NCBI GenBank assembly: GCA_038087875.1
Contig: CM075987.1
Span: forward strand, 26,662,001-26,726,000
Direction: 5' to 3'
From: Malacoraja senta
Lineage: Eukaryota
DNA length: 64,000 nucleotides
A program made the translations under genes and the position numbers. Under the pieces are notes generated by a model. It was not told the DNA's origin. It did not search any database and saw only the letters and a list, made by a program, of their open reading frames with translations. Position 1 is the first letter of the stretch. The number at the start of each line of letters is the position of its first letter. Shown here in pieces: positions 12,006-24,562 of the stretch.

Positions 12006-13319
12006 GTGGGTGTGCGGGTCGGCATATACCAGCAGCAACAAAAATAGAGTCCATTTAAGTGCAGTTCAGCACCAGTTCTACAAATGGTCACCTATTCCTT
12101 CTCTCCGGAGATGTTGCCTGACCACTGAGTTACTCCAGCTTCTTGTGACTATCTTCCTCAAATGGTTTCTTCAATTTCCATTTTCAAGGCAGTGGCTATC
12201 GGTATTTTTAAGAAATTACTTAAAAGCCAAAAAGAATTTGCATTTATATCGTTTTCTAAAGTGTATCGCGGCTGATAAATGTGACTTTAATCTCGCTAAA
12301 AGCACCAGCCAATTTACCACACATTGTGATCCCACAACTAGGAGATGATTGAGCCACCAGCTAATCTGTTTCTGGTGACATTGCTCCAGAAATATTATTG
12401 AGGATGCTGGAGCTTTTCTAATTATTTGCAAAGAAAAGCAACATGAACTTTGCATCCTCAGTGTGACATTAGTAAAACTCTGATGGCCTGCACTCCAATC
12501 TTTGTCGTTTACTTCAGTTTAGTCCAGAGATACAGCGTGGAAACAGGCCCTTCGGCCCACCAAGCCTGTGCCGACCAGCGATCAGCGCATATTAACACTA
12601 TCTAAAAACAATCTATCCCTCTGAAAATCTCCTGTCCATGTACCTTCCCCCAAAGGTAGTTAAAATGTTGTTATTTTACGTGGCTCAACTACTGTATATC
12701 CTCGTCTAAGAAATATTTATTCAGGTACATGGAGAGGACAGGTTTGGAGGGATATGGGCCAAACACAGGCAGGTGGGACTAATGTAGCTGGGACATGTTG
12801 GCCGGTGTGGACAAGTTGGGTCGAAGGGCCTGTTTCCACTGACTAAGATCACCCATTAGTCTGCTACACTTTGTGGAATATAGTCCTAGTCTGCCCAAAC
12901 TCTCCCAGTAGCTCAAACCCTTGAGTCCTGGCAACATCCTCATGAAGGGGTTGTCATATAGGACTTGTCCAAGGCTACAGTGGTATATTAGTCAGATGAA
13001 AAGCTGGGTAGAGCTTTGTCAGATGGAATTTATTCCTGAAGGTTTAGTTCAATATCTCAGTCTGAAGAAGGGGTCCTAGCTTGAAACAGTAGTTGTTCAT
13101 TCCCCCCCACATGCTGCCTGACTGGCTGAGTTCCCCATGAATTGGGCCAGGGCCCTTCTAGAGACTGAGGGAATAAACTACTAATACCACAGGATTAAAT
13201 TCTGAAGTTTCTTAAATCTCTGGATCTAATCCAGATTAGTACAATACAGTAAATGATAAGGCACCAAAGGCACTTGTTGGTGAGTGTGAGCTAACATCAG
13301 CATTGACCGAGCACATTGA

Positions 13320-13935
13320 GAACATAGAAACATAGAAAGTAGGTGCAGGAGTAGGCCATTCGGCCCTTCGAGCCAGCAACGCCATTCAATATGATGGCTG
13401 ATCATCCAGAATCAGTACCCCGTTCCTGCTTTCTTCCAATATCCCTGGATTCTGTTATCCCTAAGAGCTATATCTAACTCTCTTGAATACATCCAATGAA
13501 TTGGCCTCCACTGCCTTCTGTGGCAGAGAATTCCACAGATTCACAACTCTCTGGGTGAAAACGTTTTTCCTCATCTCAGTCCTAAATGTCCTACCCCTTA
13601 TTCTTAAACTGTGACACCTGGTTCTGGATTCCCCAACATGGGGAACATTTTTCCTGCATCTAGCCTGTCCGATCCCTTAAGAATTTTATATGTTTCTATA
13701 AGATCCCTTTTCATCGTAAATTCCAGTGAATACAAGCCCAGTCGACACATTCTTTCATCATATGTCAGTCCCGCCATCCTGGGACATTAACCTGGTGAAC
13801 CTACGCTGCACTGCCTCAATAGCAAGAATATCCTTCCTCAAATTAGGAGACCAAAACTGCACACAATATTCCAGGTGCGGTCTCACCAGGAACTGCAGTA
13901 GGATCTCCTTGCTCCTATACTCAATCTTCTCACTA
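13320..13935 (-). mobile_element. CR1 LINE 3' fragment
   Basis: Reverse strand gives [15 protein letters not shown]...VVNLWNSLP; (catagaaa)n tail. Confidence 0.9.
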
Positions 13936-14340
13936 TGAACTGCTAAGCTATCTTCATGTTATCAATTCCATCATTAAAAGCTGACTCAGTCCCACTATTC
14001 ATACACTGAACTCATTCTCTTCAATCAGACAGATTCCAAAGGAACCTCACCTATCTACCGCAGCAGGATAACTATGACCTTTCCGAGAAAAGACAAAATA
14101 TTTCTATATTATTCACGCATGGCCTCTGGGTGTTCCGTCAAAGAGTTGCATTGGTAGCAATCTTTTCTGCACTTCAAATAGAGCGGGAATGAGGCAGACG
14201 CATATGAGTTGCTGGAGACTAAATAAATCTTTTATGCAGCAGTTCTTATCCATCATTATAATCTGACAAACCAAATGTATTCCACAGGTTTTGCTCATCG
14301 GTTCGATTCGTTCCCACACCTGATGAACCAGATTGAGTTC

Positions 14341-14872
14341 ATAGATACATAGATACATAGAAAATAGGTGCAGGAGTAGGCCATTCGGCCCTTCGAGCCT
14401 GCACCGCCATTCAATATGATCATGGCTGATCATCCAACTCACTATCCCGTACCTGCCTTTTCTCCATACCCCCTGATCCCCTTAGCCACAAGGGCCACAT
14501 CTAACTCCCTCATAAATATAGCCAATGAACTGGCCTCAACTACCCTCTGTGGCAGAGAGTTCCAGAGATTCACCACTCTCTGTGTGAAAAAGTTTTTCCT
14601 CATCTCGGTCTTAAAGGATTTCCCCCTTATCCTTAAGCTGTGACCCCTTGTCTTGGACTTCCCCAACATCGGGAACAATCTTCCTGCATCTAGCCTGTCC
14701 AACCCCATAAGAATTTTGTACGTTTCTATAAGATCCCCTCTCAATCTCCTAAATTCTAGCGAGTATAAGCCAAGTCTATCCAGTCTTTCTTCATATGAAA
14801 GTCCTGACATCCCAGGAATCAGTCTGGTGAACCTTCTCTGCACTCCCTCTATGGCTATAATGTCCTTCCTCA
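14341..14872 (-). mobile_element. CR1 LINE 3' fragment
   Basis: ORF 14442-14873 [20 protein letters not shown]...GYGEKAGTG. Confidence 0.92.
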
Positions 14873-14950
14873 TTTCGCCTCATTTCTTTTGGATTATTAT
14901 CTTCACCACCTAGATGGTGCCCTGGTAGGTTAGATTATTCATGCTTTCAA

Positions 14951-15130
14951 GGGCGGCATGGTGGCGCAGCGACAGAGTTGCTGCCTCACAGCGCCTGGGT
15001 CCCGGGTTCGATCCCGACTACGGGAGCTGTCTGTACGGAGTTTGTACGTTCCCCCCCCGTGACCATGTGGGTTTTCTCCGGGTGCTCTGGTTTCCTCCCA
15101 CACTCCAAAGACGTGCAGGTTTGTCGGTTA
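14951..15130 (+). mobile_element. HE1/V-SINE (5' part)
   Basis: gggcggcatggtggcgcagcg...ggttcgatcccgactacggg. Confidence 0.85.
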
Positions 15131-15610
15131 AATGAGTAGGAAGGATCTGCAGGTGCTGGTTTACACCGAAGATAGACACAGAATGCAGGAGTAACTCAAC
15201 GGGACAGACAGCATCTGTGGACAGAAGGATTGGTGACGTTTCGGGTCGAGACCCTTCCTCAGACTTGGAAGGGTCTAACCAGAATGTTGGAGAATCTCTG
15301 GAGAGATTCTAACCAATATCTCTCCTCTGCCTCCCTAAAAACCTAATCCCATTTTCTAGATAAATTTTAATTCTCTTTTTTTAATATTTCCTCACAGCAA
15401 CCTCATTGAGAACGGATAGGTTTAGGTTTATTATTGTCACGTGTAACAAGGTGCAGCAAAAAGCTTCCTATTGCAGATGATACTGTACATATAATCAAGT
15501 CATGTACAATAGGCAGAATGAAAGGAAAAATATAGAGTATAGAATTCTGATGGACTCCTGAGTTTAGTTGGCGTTGGTAGTGTTCAATAGCCAGATGATT
15601 AGGTTATGGT

Positions 15611-15919
15611 AGTTTAGTTTAGAGATACAGCGCTGAAACAGGCCCTTCGGCCCACCGAGTCCTCTACGACCAGCAATCCCCGCACATTATCACAATCCTA
15701 CACACACTAGGGACAACGTACGTTTTTATACCAAGCCAATTAACCGACAAACCTGTACCTCTTTGGAGTGTGGCAGGAAACCAAAGATCACGGGAAAAAA
15801 CCCACGCAGGTCACGGGGGTAACGTACAAACTCCGTACAGACAGCACCCGTAGTCGAGATCGAACCCGGGTCTCTGGCGCTGTGAGTCAGCAACTTTACC
15901 GCTGCGCCACCGTGCCGCC
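15611..15919 (-). mobile_element. HE1/V-SINE, full length
   Basis: Reverse of tRNA head, V domain and (ctaaa)n tail. Confidence 0.88.
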
Positions 15920-16194
15920 AATTGTTGGGAAGAACTCTGTCCCTTTCCAGAATGCTGGTAGTTTATTTGTGAGTGATAAATAAAGGCCGTTGGTCACTCT
16001 TAAAGTTGTACGAGCAACATTTAAAACGTGCGTTTTGTCACATGTGTAAAGGCTCGCAACGGGTGTGACAGACAGGGAGAGGCATGTTTTCTCCGATTTT
16101 TAATATCAAGTCAAATGTCCTGTTAAAAGAGCAGAAAAATAGATCCTGACTTTCCAGCTCTTGAACCACTTCCCTTATCCAACAACTTAGATAC

Positions 16195-16420
16195 ACTTCA
16201 ACTCCCCTTCCCATTCCCACACTGACCTTTCTGTCCTGGGCCTCCTCCATTGTCAGAGTGAGGCCAGACGCAAATTGGAGGAACACAACCTCATATTTCG
16301 CTTGGGCAGCTTACAACCCAGTGGTATGAATTTGATTTCTCTAACTTCAAGTAACCCTTGCATCCCCTCTCTCTCCCCCCCCCCCCCCCCCCAACCCCAC
16401 CCTAGTCGTCATGCTAGTTT
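16195..16420 (+). mobile_element. Penelope-like element GIY-YIG C-terminal remnant
   Basis: SHSHTDLSVLGLLHCQSEARRKLEEHNLIFRLGSLQPSGMN. Confidence 0.8.
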
Positions 16421-16439
16421 CACTGTTTGTATCTTCTGC

Positions 16440-17015
16440 AGTTGTATAGGGCTCTGGTGAGACCACATCTGGAGTATTGTGTACAGTTTTGGTCTCCTAA
16501 TTTGAGGAAGGACATCCTTGTGATTGAGGCAGTTCACGAGATTGATCCCTGGGATGGCGGGACTGCCATATGAGGAAAGATTGAAAAGACTAGGCTTGTA
16601 TTCACTGGAGTTTAGAAAGATGAGGGGGAATCTTATAGAAACATATAAAATTATAAAAGGACTGGACAAACTAGATGCAGGAAAAATGTTCCCAATGTTG
16701 GGCGAGCCCAGAACCAGGGGCCACAGTCTTAGAATAAAGGGGAGGTCATTTAAGACTGAGGTGAGAAAAAACTTTTTCACCCAGAGAGTTGTGAATTTAT
16801 GGAATTCCCTGCCACAGAGGGCAGTGGAGGCCAAATCACTGGATGGATTTAAGAGAGAGTTAGATAGAGCTCTTGGGGCTAGTGGAGTCAAGGGATATGG
16901 GGAGAAGGCAGGCACGGGTTATTGATAGGGGACGATCAGCCATGATCACAATGAATGGTGGTGCTGGCTCGAAGGGCCGAATGGCCTCCTCCTGCACCTA
17001 TTTTCCATGTATCTA
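16440..17015 (+). mobile_element. CR1 LINE 3' fragment
   Basis: [18 protein letters not shown] 16524-16925. Confidence 0.92.
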
Positions 17016-17337
17016 TGATTCTGTATATCCGCTCATTATCACCTTCCCCGCAGCCAACAATGGACCATTGTGGGCTCCACCTTTACTTGATCATCGTTGC
17101 TGCCTTTGATTTGTCCTATAATTCAATTGTCCTATAATTCAATTGTTCACTGAACGAAACTCTCGTTACCCTCTCCACTCACTCCCAGTCTGAAGAAGGG
17201 TCTCGACCTATTCCTTTTCTCCAGAGATGCTGCCTGACCTGCTGAGCTTTTTATGTCCTATGTAGATGTAAATCTGGAATGAAATACATAGCCAGATCCT
17301 TGCTTGTACAGAGTCATTATACCATTGCAATGGAGAA

Positions 17338-18065
17338 AAGTCAAGTCAAGTCAAGTCAAGTGAGTTTATTGTCATGTGTCCCTGGTAGGACAATGAAATT
17401 CTTGCTTTGCTGCAGCACAACAGAACATAGTAGGCATTTACTACAAGGCATTCTATAAATATATACACAATGGTCAATATACTGATAAAGTGCAAATAAC
17501 AGTATTGGCTAGTAAAGTTCAGTGTTATGTCCGAGCCAGGTTTAATAGCCTGATGGCTGTGGGGAAGTAGCTATTCCTGAACCTGGTCGTTGCAGTCTTC
17601 AGGCTCCTGTACCTTCTACCTGAAGGTAGTAGGGAGATGAGTGTGTGGCCAGGATGGTGTGGGTCCTTGATGATGCTGCCAGCCTTTTTGAGGCAGCGAC
17701 TGTGGTAGATCCCCTCGATGGAAGGGAGGTCAGAGCCAATGATGGACTGGGCAGTGTTTACTACTTTTTGTAGTCTTTTCCTCTCCAGGGCACTCAAGTT
17801 GCCGAACCAAGCCACGATGCAACCGGTCAGCATGCTCTCTACTGTGCACCTGTAGAAGTTAGAGAGAGTCCTCCTTGACAAACCGACTCTCCGTAATCTT
17901 CTCAGGAAGTAGAGGCGCTGATGTGCTTTCTTAATAATGGCATCATTGTTCTCGGACCAGGAAAGATCTTCAGAGATGTGCACTCCCAGGAATTTGAAGC
18001 TCTTGACTCTTTCAACCATCCACCCGTTGATATAAACGGGACTGTGGGTCCCCATCCTACTCCTT
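17338..18065 (-). mobile_element. Rex1/Babar LINE 3' fragment
   Basis: ORF 17525-18055 VERVKSFKFLGVHISEDLSW...KKAHQRLYFLRRL...RFRNSYFPTAIRLLN; (gactt)n tail. Confidence 0.9.
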
Positions 18066-18194
18066 CCAACACATTGCTTCTCCCATTTATCTGCATTCCT
18101 AAAAGAGTGTCAAGTCAACACAGCCACATACAATGATCAAAGACAATCCGTCTTGAAATATCTGGAAGACACGTACAAAGTTTATAATTTCAGT

Positions 18195-18770
18195 TGATAG
18201 ACACAAAACGCTGGAGTAACCCAGCGGGTCAGAGGGCTTCTCAGGAATGAAGGAATAGGTGACGTTTCGGGTCGAGACCCTTCTTCAGACGGAGAGTCAG
18301 GGGAAAGGGAAACGAGAGACATAGAACAATGAATGAAAGAAATGCAAAAAGGTATTGATGATGAAGGAAACAGGGCACTGTTAGCTGTGGTAGACGAAAA
18401 TGCTGGAGAAACTCAGCGGGTGAGGCAGCATCTATGGAGCGAAGGAAATAGGCAACGTTTTGGGCCGAAACCCTTGGGTTAGGGTTAGGGTTTGGAAATA
18501 GGCAACGTTTTGGGCCGAAACCCTCGGGTTTCGGCCCGAAACGTCGCCTATTTCCTAATGCTCCATAGATGCTGCCTCACCCGCTGAGTTTCTCCAGCAT
18601 TTTCGTCTACCTTTGATTTTTCCAGCCTCTGCAGTTCCTTCTTAAACATTGTTAGGTGTGGGTTAGGTGAGAACGAGTTACAGACGATGAGACTCAACAA
18701 GACGACTTTGAAGGGACAGGGTCATACAACGACTTGGATGAGGGGAGGGACGGAGAGAGAGAGGGGATGA
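18195..18770 (-). mobile_element. Penelope-like pLTR with nested foldback mini-element (18391-18646)
   Basis: Hammerhead-like core on the minus strand at ~18258-18292; inner palindrome flanked by cactgttagctgtgg / cattgttaggtgtgg. Confidence 0.75.
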
Positions 18771-18874
18771 TTTCAGATTTTTGTCTAATTGTCTGTTTTG
18801 AGCATTCTTGGGAATATATAATACCCCCTGCGGTGATTTTGTTACATTTATCTGCGTTTCTTGCCAGCTTAAAG

Positions 18875-19295
18875 CAAAGATCTTTTCGCAAGCAAGATAG
18901 ATCACTCGACGAAAAAGACGTAGTACGGTCATGGGCAGATTCATGCGTAGTTTTCGGCCCCATTTCCGTAACCGGCTCCGTCTCCGCACCAAAGATCCCG
19001 TCATAGCGGAGCAAAGATACTAGTGCGGAGACGGAAGCCGGTTACGGAAACATCCTCGTAAAAATAAAAGTTATTTGGTAAAAATCTTCTCCTCATTTTC
19101 AGAATTATAATTTATTAACACAAACTGTTCCCCTGCAACGTTGGTTACACTGCGAGTCGGGTCGGGTCGGGTCGGGGTCGATCGGGTTACTGAAATGGAT
19201 GAAAAAAAGGCCCACGTTCCGCTCCGTTGCGTACTACACGTCAGCCCATTGCATTTAGAAGGAGTGGTCTATCTTGCTCCGCTATAGGATCTTTG
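18875..19295. mobile_element. Non-autonomous DNA transposon with CAAAG...CTTTG termini (P- or hAT-like)
   Basis: TIR caaagatc...gcaagatag / ctatcttgc...gatctttg; perfect 8-bp TSD gcttaaag at 18867-18874 and 19296-19303. Confidence 0.85.
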
Positions 19296-19301
19296 GCTTA
19301 A

Positions 19302-19619
19302 AGGGCCTGTCCCACTATACGAGGTAATTGAAGAGCTCTCCTGAGTTTAAAAAAAAAATCAAACTCGTGGTAAGTACGTAGAATGTACGTAGCGGGTACG
19401 TTGGAGCTCGGGACGTCTCTTAGCGGCTCGTAACGCTAACGGCAGGTACTCGGGAAACGCCGTAAGCTCGTGAAGACTCGTGAAGGTTTTTCAACATGTT
19501 GAAAAATGTCCACGAGAGCCCTGAGTACCGACGAGCAGCTATTACCATAATTCTCCGAGTTCGAATCAGGGGAAACTCTGGAGAACTCTTGAATTACCTC
19601 GTACAGTGGGACAGGCCCT
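19302..19619. mobile_element. PIF/Harbinger-like MITE
   Basis: TIR agggcctgtcccact / agtgggacaggccct extending ~45 bp; TAA at both ends. Confidence 0.88.
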
Positions 19620-20232
19620 TAAGAGTTGCAAGATGACAATTCGGGAAAACATCCTATTCTGGATTTTTTTTTTTTTTAAATGGGACGAAATCCAACTCTA
19701 TTGTAATGGGAGTAATGGCAACTGAAAAATACCAGAAATAGCAAATGATAAAACATCACACATCAAAGCTGCCAAAATGACAGTAACATCACATATGGTT
19801 ACTCTGATTAGTTTGGCAGGTAAGTACTCTTCAACAAAGCAACAATTCACGTGCCAGAGTGCGAAAACACTTTGTTTCATCCTCCCATCCAAATTCTATC
19901 TCCAAATTAAATCCTGCACTAAATGTGTCACTTAGGAACTTCAGAATGCAAATTGTTTCCCATCAGGCTTTCCCAATGATTTTTAGCTGTACCTGAATCT
20001 GGTGGATATGGATTCCCATTCCCTTTTCCCCGTGACCTGCGTGGGTTTTCCGGCTTCCACCCCCACTCCAAAGTAGAGTTGCTGCCTTACAGCACCAGAG
20101 ACCCGGGTTCGATCCTGGCTACGGGTGCTGTCTGTGCGGAGTTTGTACGTTCTACCCCGTGACCCGCGTGGGTTTTCTCCGAGATCCTCCCATTTTACCA
20201 AAGTCAATTATCCTATAAACCTGCACGTTTGG

Positions 20233-20525
20233 TTTAGTGTAGTTTAGAAATACAACGCGGGAACAGGCCCATCGGCCCACCTAGTCCGCACCGACCTGCA
20301 GTCCCCACACATTAACACTACCCGACACACACTAGGGATAATTTTACATGTATAAATGTATACAAAGCCAATTAACCTACAAACCTGTACGTCATTGGAG
20401 TGTGGGAGGCAACTGGAGCACCCGGGGAAAACCCACGGGGAGAACGTGCAAACTCCGTTCAGAGAGCACCGGTAGTCAGGATCGAACCCGGGTCTCTGGC
20501 GCTGTGAGGCAGCAACACTACCACG
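20233..20525 (-). mobile_element. HE1/V-SINE
   Basis: Reverse of consensus; a + strand copy lies at ~20073-20190. Confidence 0.85.
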
Positions 20526-21355
20526 AGGCAGCGCCACCGTTACTTGACCTTCTATCCAGGCAAAGCAGTGGCAACTTATATAAGAGGGGTTTAAAGAAGA
20601 GGAACTGATCCGTTTCAGATGTTGAAGGATTCCAACTCACCAACAAATGTAGTTTTTTTTTTAGATTATAAGGAGAAGAACCATAAAAGATTGATTTTGC
20701 TTCCAACTGCTCGTGCACCTCTGTTCATTCTTCCTGCATTTGAAGGGCAAAGATCTTCGACGCAACACCCAGAGGCCCTGATTGAAACATGTATAGAATT
20801 GCTTCAACTTTCCAGTAGTAGCTGTACACCTATCATGTTCAAGTTGGTCGGTGGGATTTCTTCCGAGCCTTTCTGATTGAAGACAATCATGCAGAGAATC
20901 ATGCAGTCACATAGAGTGATGCAGCGCGGAAACAGGCCCTTTGGCCCAACTTGCCCACACCGGCCAACATGCCCCATCTACACTAGTCCCACCTGCCTGC
21001 GTTTGGCCCATATCCCTCCAAACCCATCCTATCCATGTTCCTGTGTCCAAATATGTCTTAAACGTTGCAATGGTACCTGCCCCAACCATCTCCTCCAGCG
21101 GCTCGATTCATAAACTTAGTCTGATTCCACGCTGTGTATCTAAACTTGAAAGATACAAAGGATTCAATCTTGGTATTGTTTCTCAGTTTGAAGATTTTAC
21201 AACAAGTTCTAGTTCATTTCTAACCATGTCACGTGATTGGCTGACTAAATAAAGACATCGGCAGCGAGTTTTCTACTCCTTCATGACAATCAAAACTTCG
21301 TCAGAAGAGGCATGGTGGTGGCACGGTGGGAAGGGATGGGTGTCGGGTAGCGTTA

Positions 21356-21685
21356 AAGCCCTGTCCCACTGTACGAGTTCACTCAAAGAGTTCTCCCGAG
21401 TTTGCCCTGATTCGAACTCGGAGATTTACGGTAATGGCCGCTCGTCGGTACTCGGGGCTCTCGTGGACATTTTTCAACATGTTGAAAAACCGTCACGAGT
21501 CTTCCCGAGCTTACCTGCCGTTAGCGAGTCCTCCCGAGTACCTGCCGTTAGCGTTACGAGCCGCTAAGAGACGTCCCCGAGCTCCGACGTACCCGCTACG
21601 TTCATTCTCCGTGCTTACCACGAGTTTGATTGCTTTTTAAACACGGGAGAGCATTTGAATGAACTCGTACAGTGGGACAGTCCCA
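21356..21685. mobile_element. PIF/Harbinger-like MITE, same family as 19302-19619 in opposite orientation
   Basis: TIR ...cctgtcccactgtacgag / ctcgtacagtgggacag; TTA flanks; interior is the reverse complement of the 19302 copy. Confidence 0.88.
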
Positions 21686-22349
21686 TTACTATGCGGGGAT
21701 CGCTGGTCGGCGCAGACTCAGTGGGCCGAATGGCCTATTTCCATGCTATATCTCTAAATCTTTAAACTAAACTGAACGAAAATAACTTTAGACAAATAAA
21801 CTAACAATAATAGACAGAAAAGAACTGTTTAAACCGTAATTGCAAAAGCAGAGATGATTTGTTAAAAAATTAAGAGTATACTTTTGTCCTGACTCATGTT
21901 TTTTTTTATATCTGTGCAACTTTTAAATGGGGCTAAGTTTGCATAATTTACATATAAATGAGAGGATAATTGCTAGATTTATTCAGACTTTCTTGCACTA
22001 TTTAAAAGCTGTTAAACACGGCACCATGGTGAGGGAAATGTCCAATTTATCTGCGCTTGTGTTGAGCAAGTGAAAACACATTCATGATGATTATTTTTTT
22101 TTACCAAATGTCCGTAACTACTGTAGATGAAGATAGACACACAACGCTGGAGTAACTCAGCGGGACAGGCAGCATCTCTGGATGGAAGGAATGGGTGACG
22201 TTTCGGGTCGAGACCCTTCTCCGACGAGATTCCGTAAATACCTCATGTTTTTGGAGGCCCCTCACTAATGTGAATAGTGGATAGTTCAGGCAATATTATT
22301 TATGACAACCTTCAAGGTAACATTACATTATAAACACAAAGTTGAAGTT

Positions 22350-22625
22350 TGAAGTTTATTGTCACGTGTACCGAGGTACAGTGAAAAGCTTTTGTTGCGT
22401 GCTAACCAGTCAGCGGAAAGACAATACATGATTACAATCGAGCCGTCCACAGTGTACACATACTGGATAAAGAGAGTAATGTTGAGAGCAAGTTAAAGTA
22501 CAGTAAAGTCTGATTAAAGATAGTCCGAGGGTCTCCAAGGAGGTAGATGGTAGGTCAGGACCGCTCTCTAGGTGTTGGTAGGATGGTTCAGTTGCCTGAT
22601 AACAACTGAGATGCAACTGTCGCTG
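22350..22625 (-). mobile_element. Rex1-type LINE 3' tail
   Basis: tttattgtcacgtgtaccgaggtacagtgaaaagc...agttgcctgataaca. Confidence 0.75.
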
Positions 22626-23956
22626 AAATGGTGGTGGGTGCGTGGAACCTGTGTGGGTTTTCTCCAGGAGCTCCGGTTTCTTCCCACACTCCAAAGACGT
22701 CCAGGTTTGTAGGTTAGTTGACTTGGTATAAATGTAAATTGCCCCAAGTGTGTGTAAGATAGTATTAGCGTGCGGGGATCGCTGTTTGGTGAGGACTCGG
22801 TTGGGCCAAATTCAGCTTTGAGTCCCCCAACTGCAGGCTGATCTCTCGCCCATTCAAGGCATCCCTGGGCGAAGGTCTTCTGTTCGGTGTTGCAGTTTTC
22901 ATGCTTGCTTTACCGATTCCCTCTTCTTGAGAGACCGCTCTAGCTTAGCTTAGTTTAGAAGCTCAGTGGAAAAAGTCCTTTCCGCCCACTTGTGTCCGTC
23001 CCGACCAGCGATCCCCGCACATCAACACTATCCTACTCACACTGGGGACAATTTACAATGTTACTGAGGTTGATGGGGCAGCATAGCGGTAGAGTTGCTG
23101 CTTTACAGCGCCAGAGACCTGGGTGCGATCCTGACCACGGGTGTTGTCCGTACGGTGCTTGTACGTTCTCCGTGGGTTTTCTCCGAGAACTTTGATTCCT
23201 CCCAAAGGCGTTAGAATTAAATCATTTGCTTGCTGCAGTAAGTAAGAGTTTCACTGTTCTATGTAGCATTGGACATGTGACAATAAAACATTCTTGACTC
23301 GGACTTGACTCTTAATTGGATTGGTGTAAATGAAAATTGTCCCTAGTGTGTGTAGGGTAGTGTTGGTGTGCGGGGATCGCCGGTCAGCATGGGCTCGGTG
23401 GGCCGAAGGGCCTGTTTAAAATGCTGTATCACTAAAATAAACTACCCTAAACTACCCTAAACTTAGTAAACTGAACTAAATGCTGCTAAACTAAACTACA
23501 TCATCGTTGAATGAGAAAAATTCTCCCTAAAATAGCCCACGACTACTGCGGTGAAGCCACACATAAGAGGCTAACTGAGAGAGTTTATGAAGGTAGGTGA
23601 CGTGGGAGTGGAAATATCTCAGCAGGGCGTGAGGAGTCTAGTTAGAGCTTTGTGTTCAGGGGCAGAAAATAAGCCAGAAGGAAAATTAATCATCCTCGTG
23701 ATTGCTTAAAATGTTGACGAACTATAATCATCGCAGATGTCTTCTTTATTGCAGCCTTATATACTCTTTAAAACATTTAATTTGGTTTGCAGGGTTCCTC
23801 TCATCTGGGTGGATTCCTACATTTGCTTCTTTGCAAAAGGGACACAATGATGATTTTGTCACAAAAGAGTGATAAAGAAAAGCTGTCCGCTGCGATATAG
23901 AGCCATGCACAATATAGATGTAGGTATTGATGTCATGTTTAGTTTTTAGTTTCGAG

Positions 23957-24272
23957 ACACAGTGGCACAGCGGTAGAGTTGCTGCCTTACAGCGAATGCT
24001 GCACCGGAGACCCGGGTTCGATCCCGACAACGGGTGCTGTCTGTACGGAGTTTGTACGTTCTCCCCGTGACCCATGGGTTTTATCCGAGATCTTCGGTTT
24101 CCTCCCACACTCCGAAGACGTACATGTTTCTAGGTTAATTGGCTTGGTAAATGTTTTAAAAAATAGTCCCTAGTGGGTGTTGGATAGTGTTAATATGCGG
24201 GGATCGCTGGTCGGCGCAGACCCAGTGGGCCGAAGGGCCTGTTTCCATGCTGTATCTCTAAACTAAACTAAA
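23957..24272 (+). mobile_element. HE1/V-SINE, full length
   Basis: tRNA head, V domain, CR1-type tail ctaaactaaactaaac. Confidence 0.9.
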
Positions 24273-24284
24273 CAGATGCAGTTT

Positions 24285-24562
24285 GGAAAAAGGCCCTTCA
24301 GCCCACCGAGTCCGTGCCGACCAGCGATCACCCTGTACAGTAACACTATCCTACACACACTAGGGACAATTTACAAATTTATCAAAGCCAATTAACCTAC
24401 AAACCTGTACGTTTTTGGAGTATGGGAGGAAACCAGAGCAGCCGGAGAAAACCCACGCAGGTCACGGGGAGAAGGTACAAACTCCGTACAGACAGCGCCC
24501 GTAGTCAGGATGGAACCCGGGTCTCTGACGCTGTGAGGCAGCAACTCTACCGCTGCACCACC
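24285..24562 (-). mobile_element. HE1/V-SINE, tail-to-tail with the previous copy
   Basis: Reverse consensus. Confidence 0.9.

Noticed and set aside
19298..19622. piggyBac/Kolobok assignment from a TTAA flank
   Set aside because: Other copies show only TAA or TTA 3-bp duplications, which favours PIF/Harbinger.
19698..19826. Possible + strand exon ending at gcag|gtaagt
   Set aside because: No good acceptor and no recognisable peptide.
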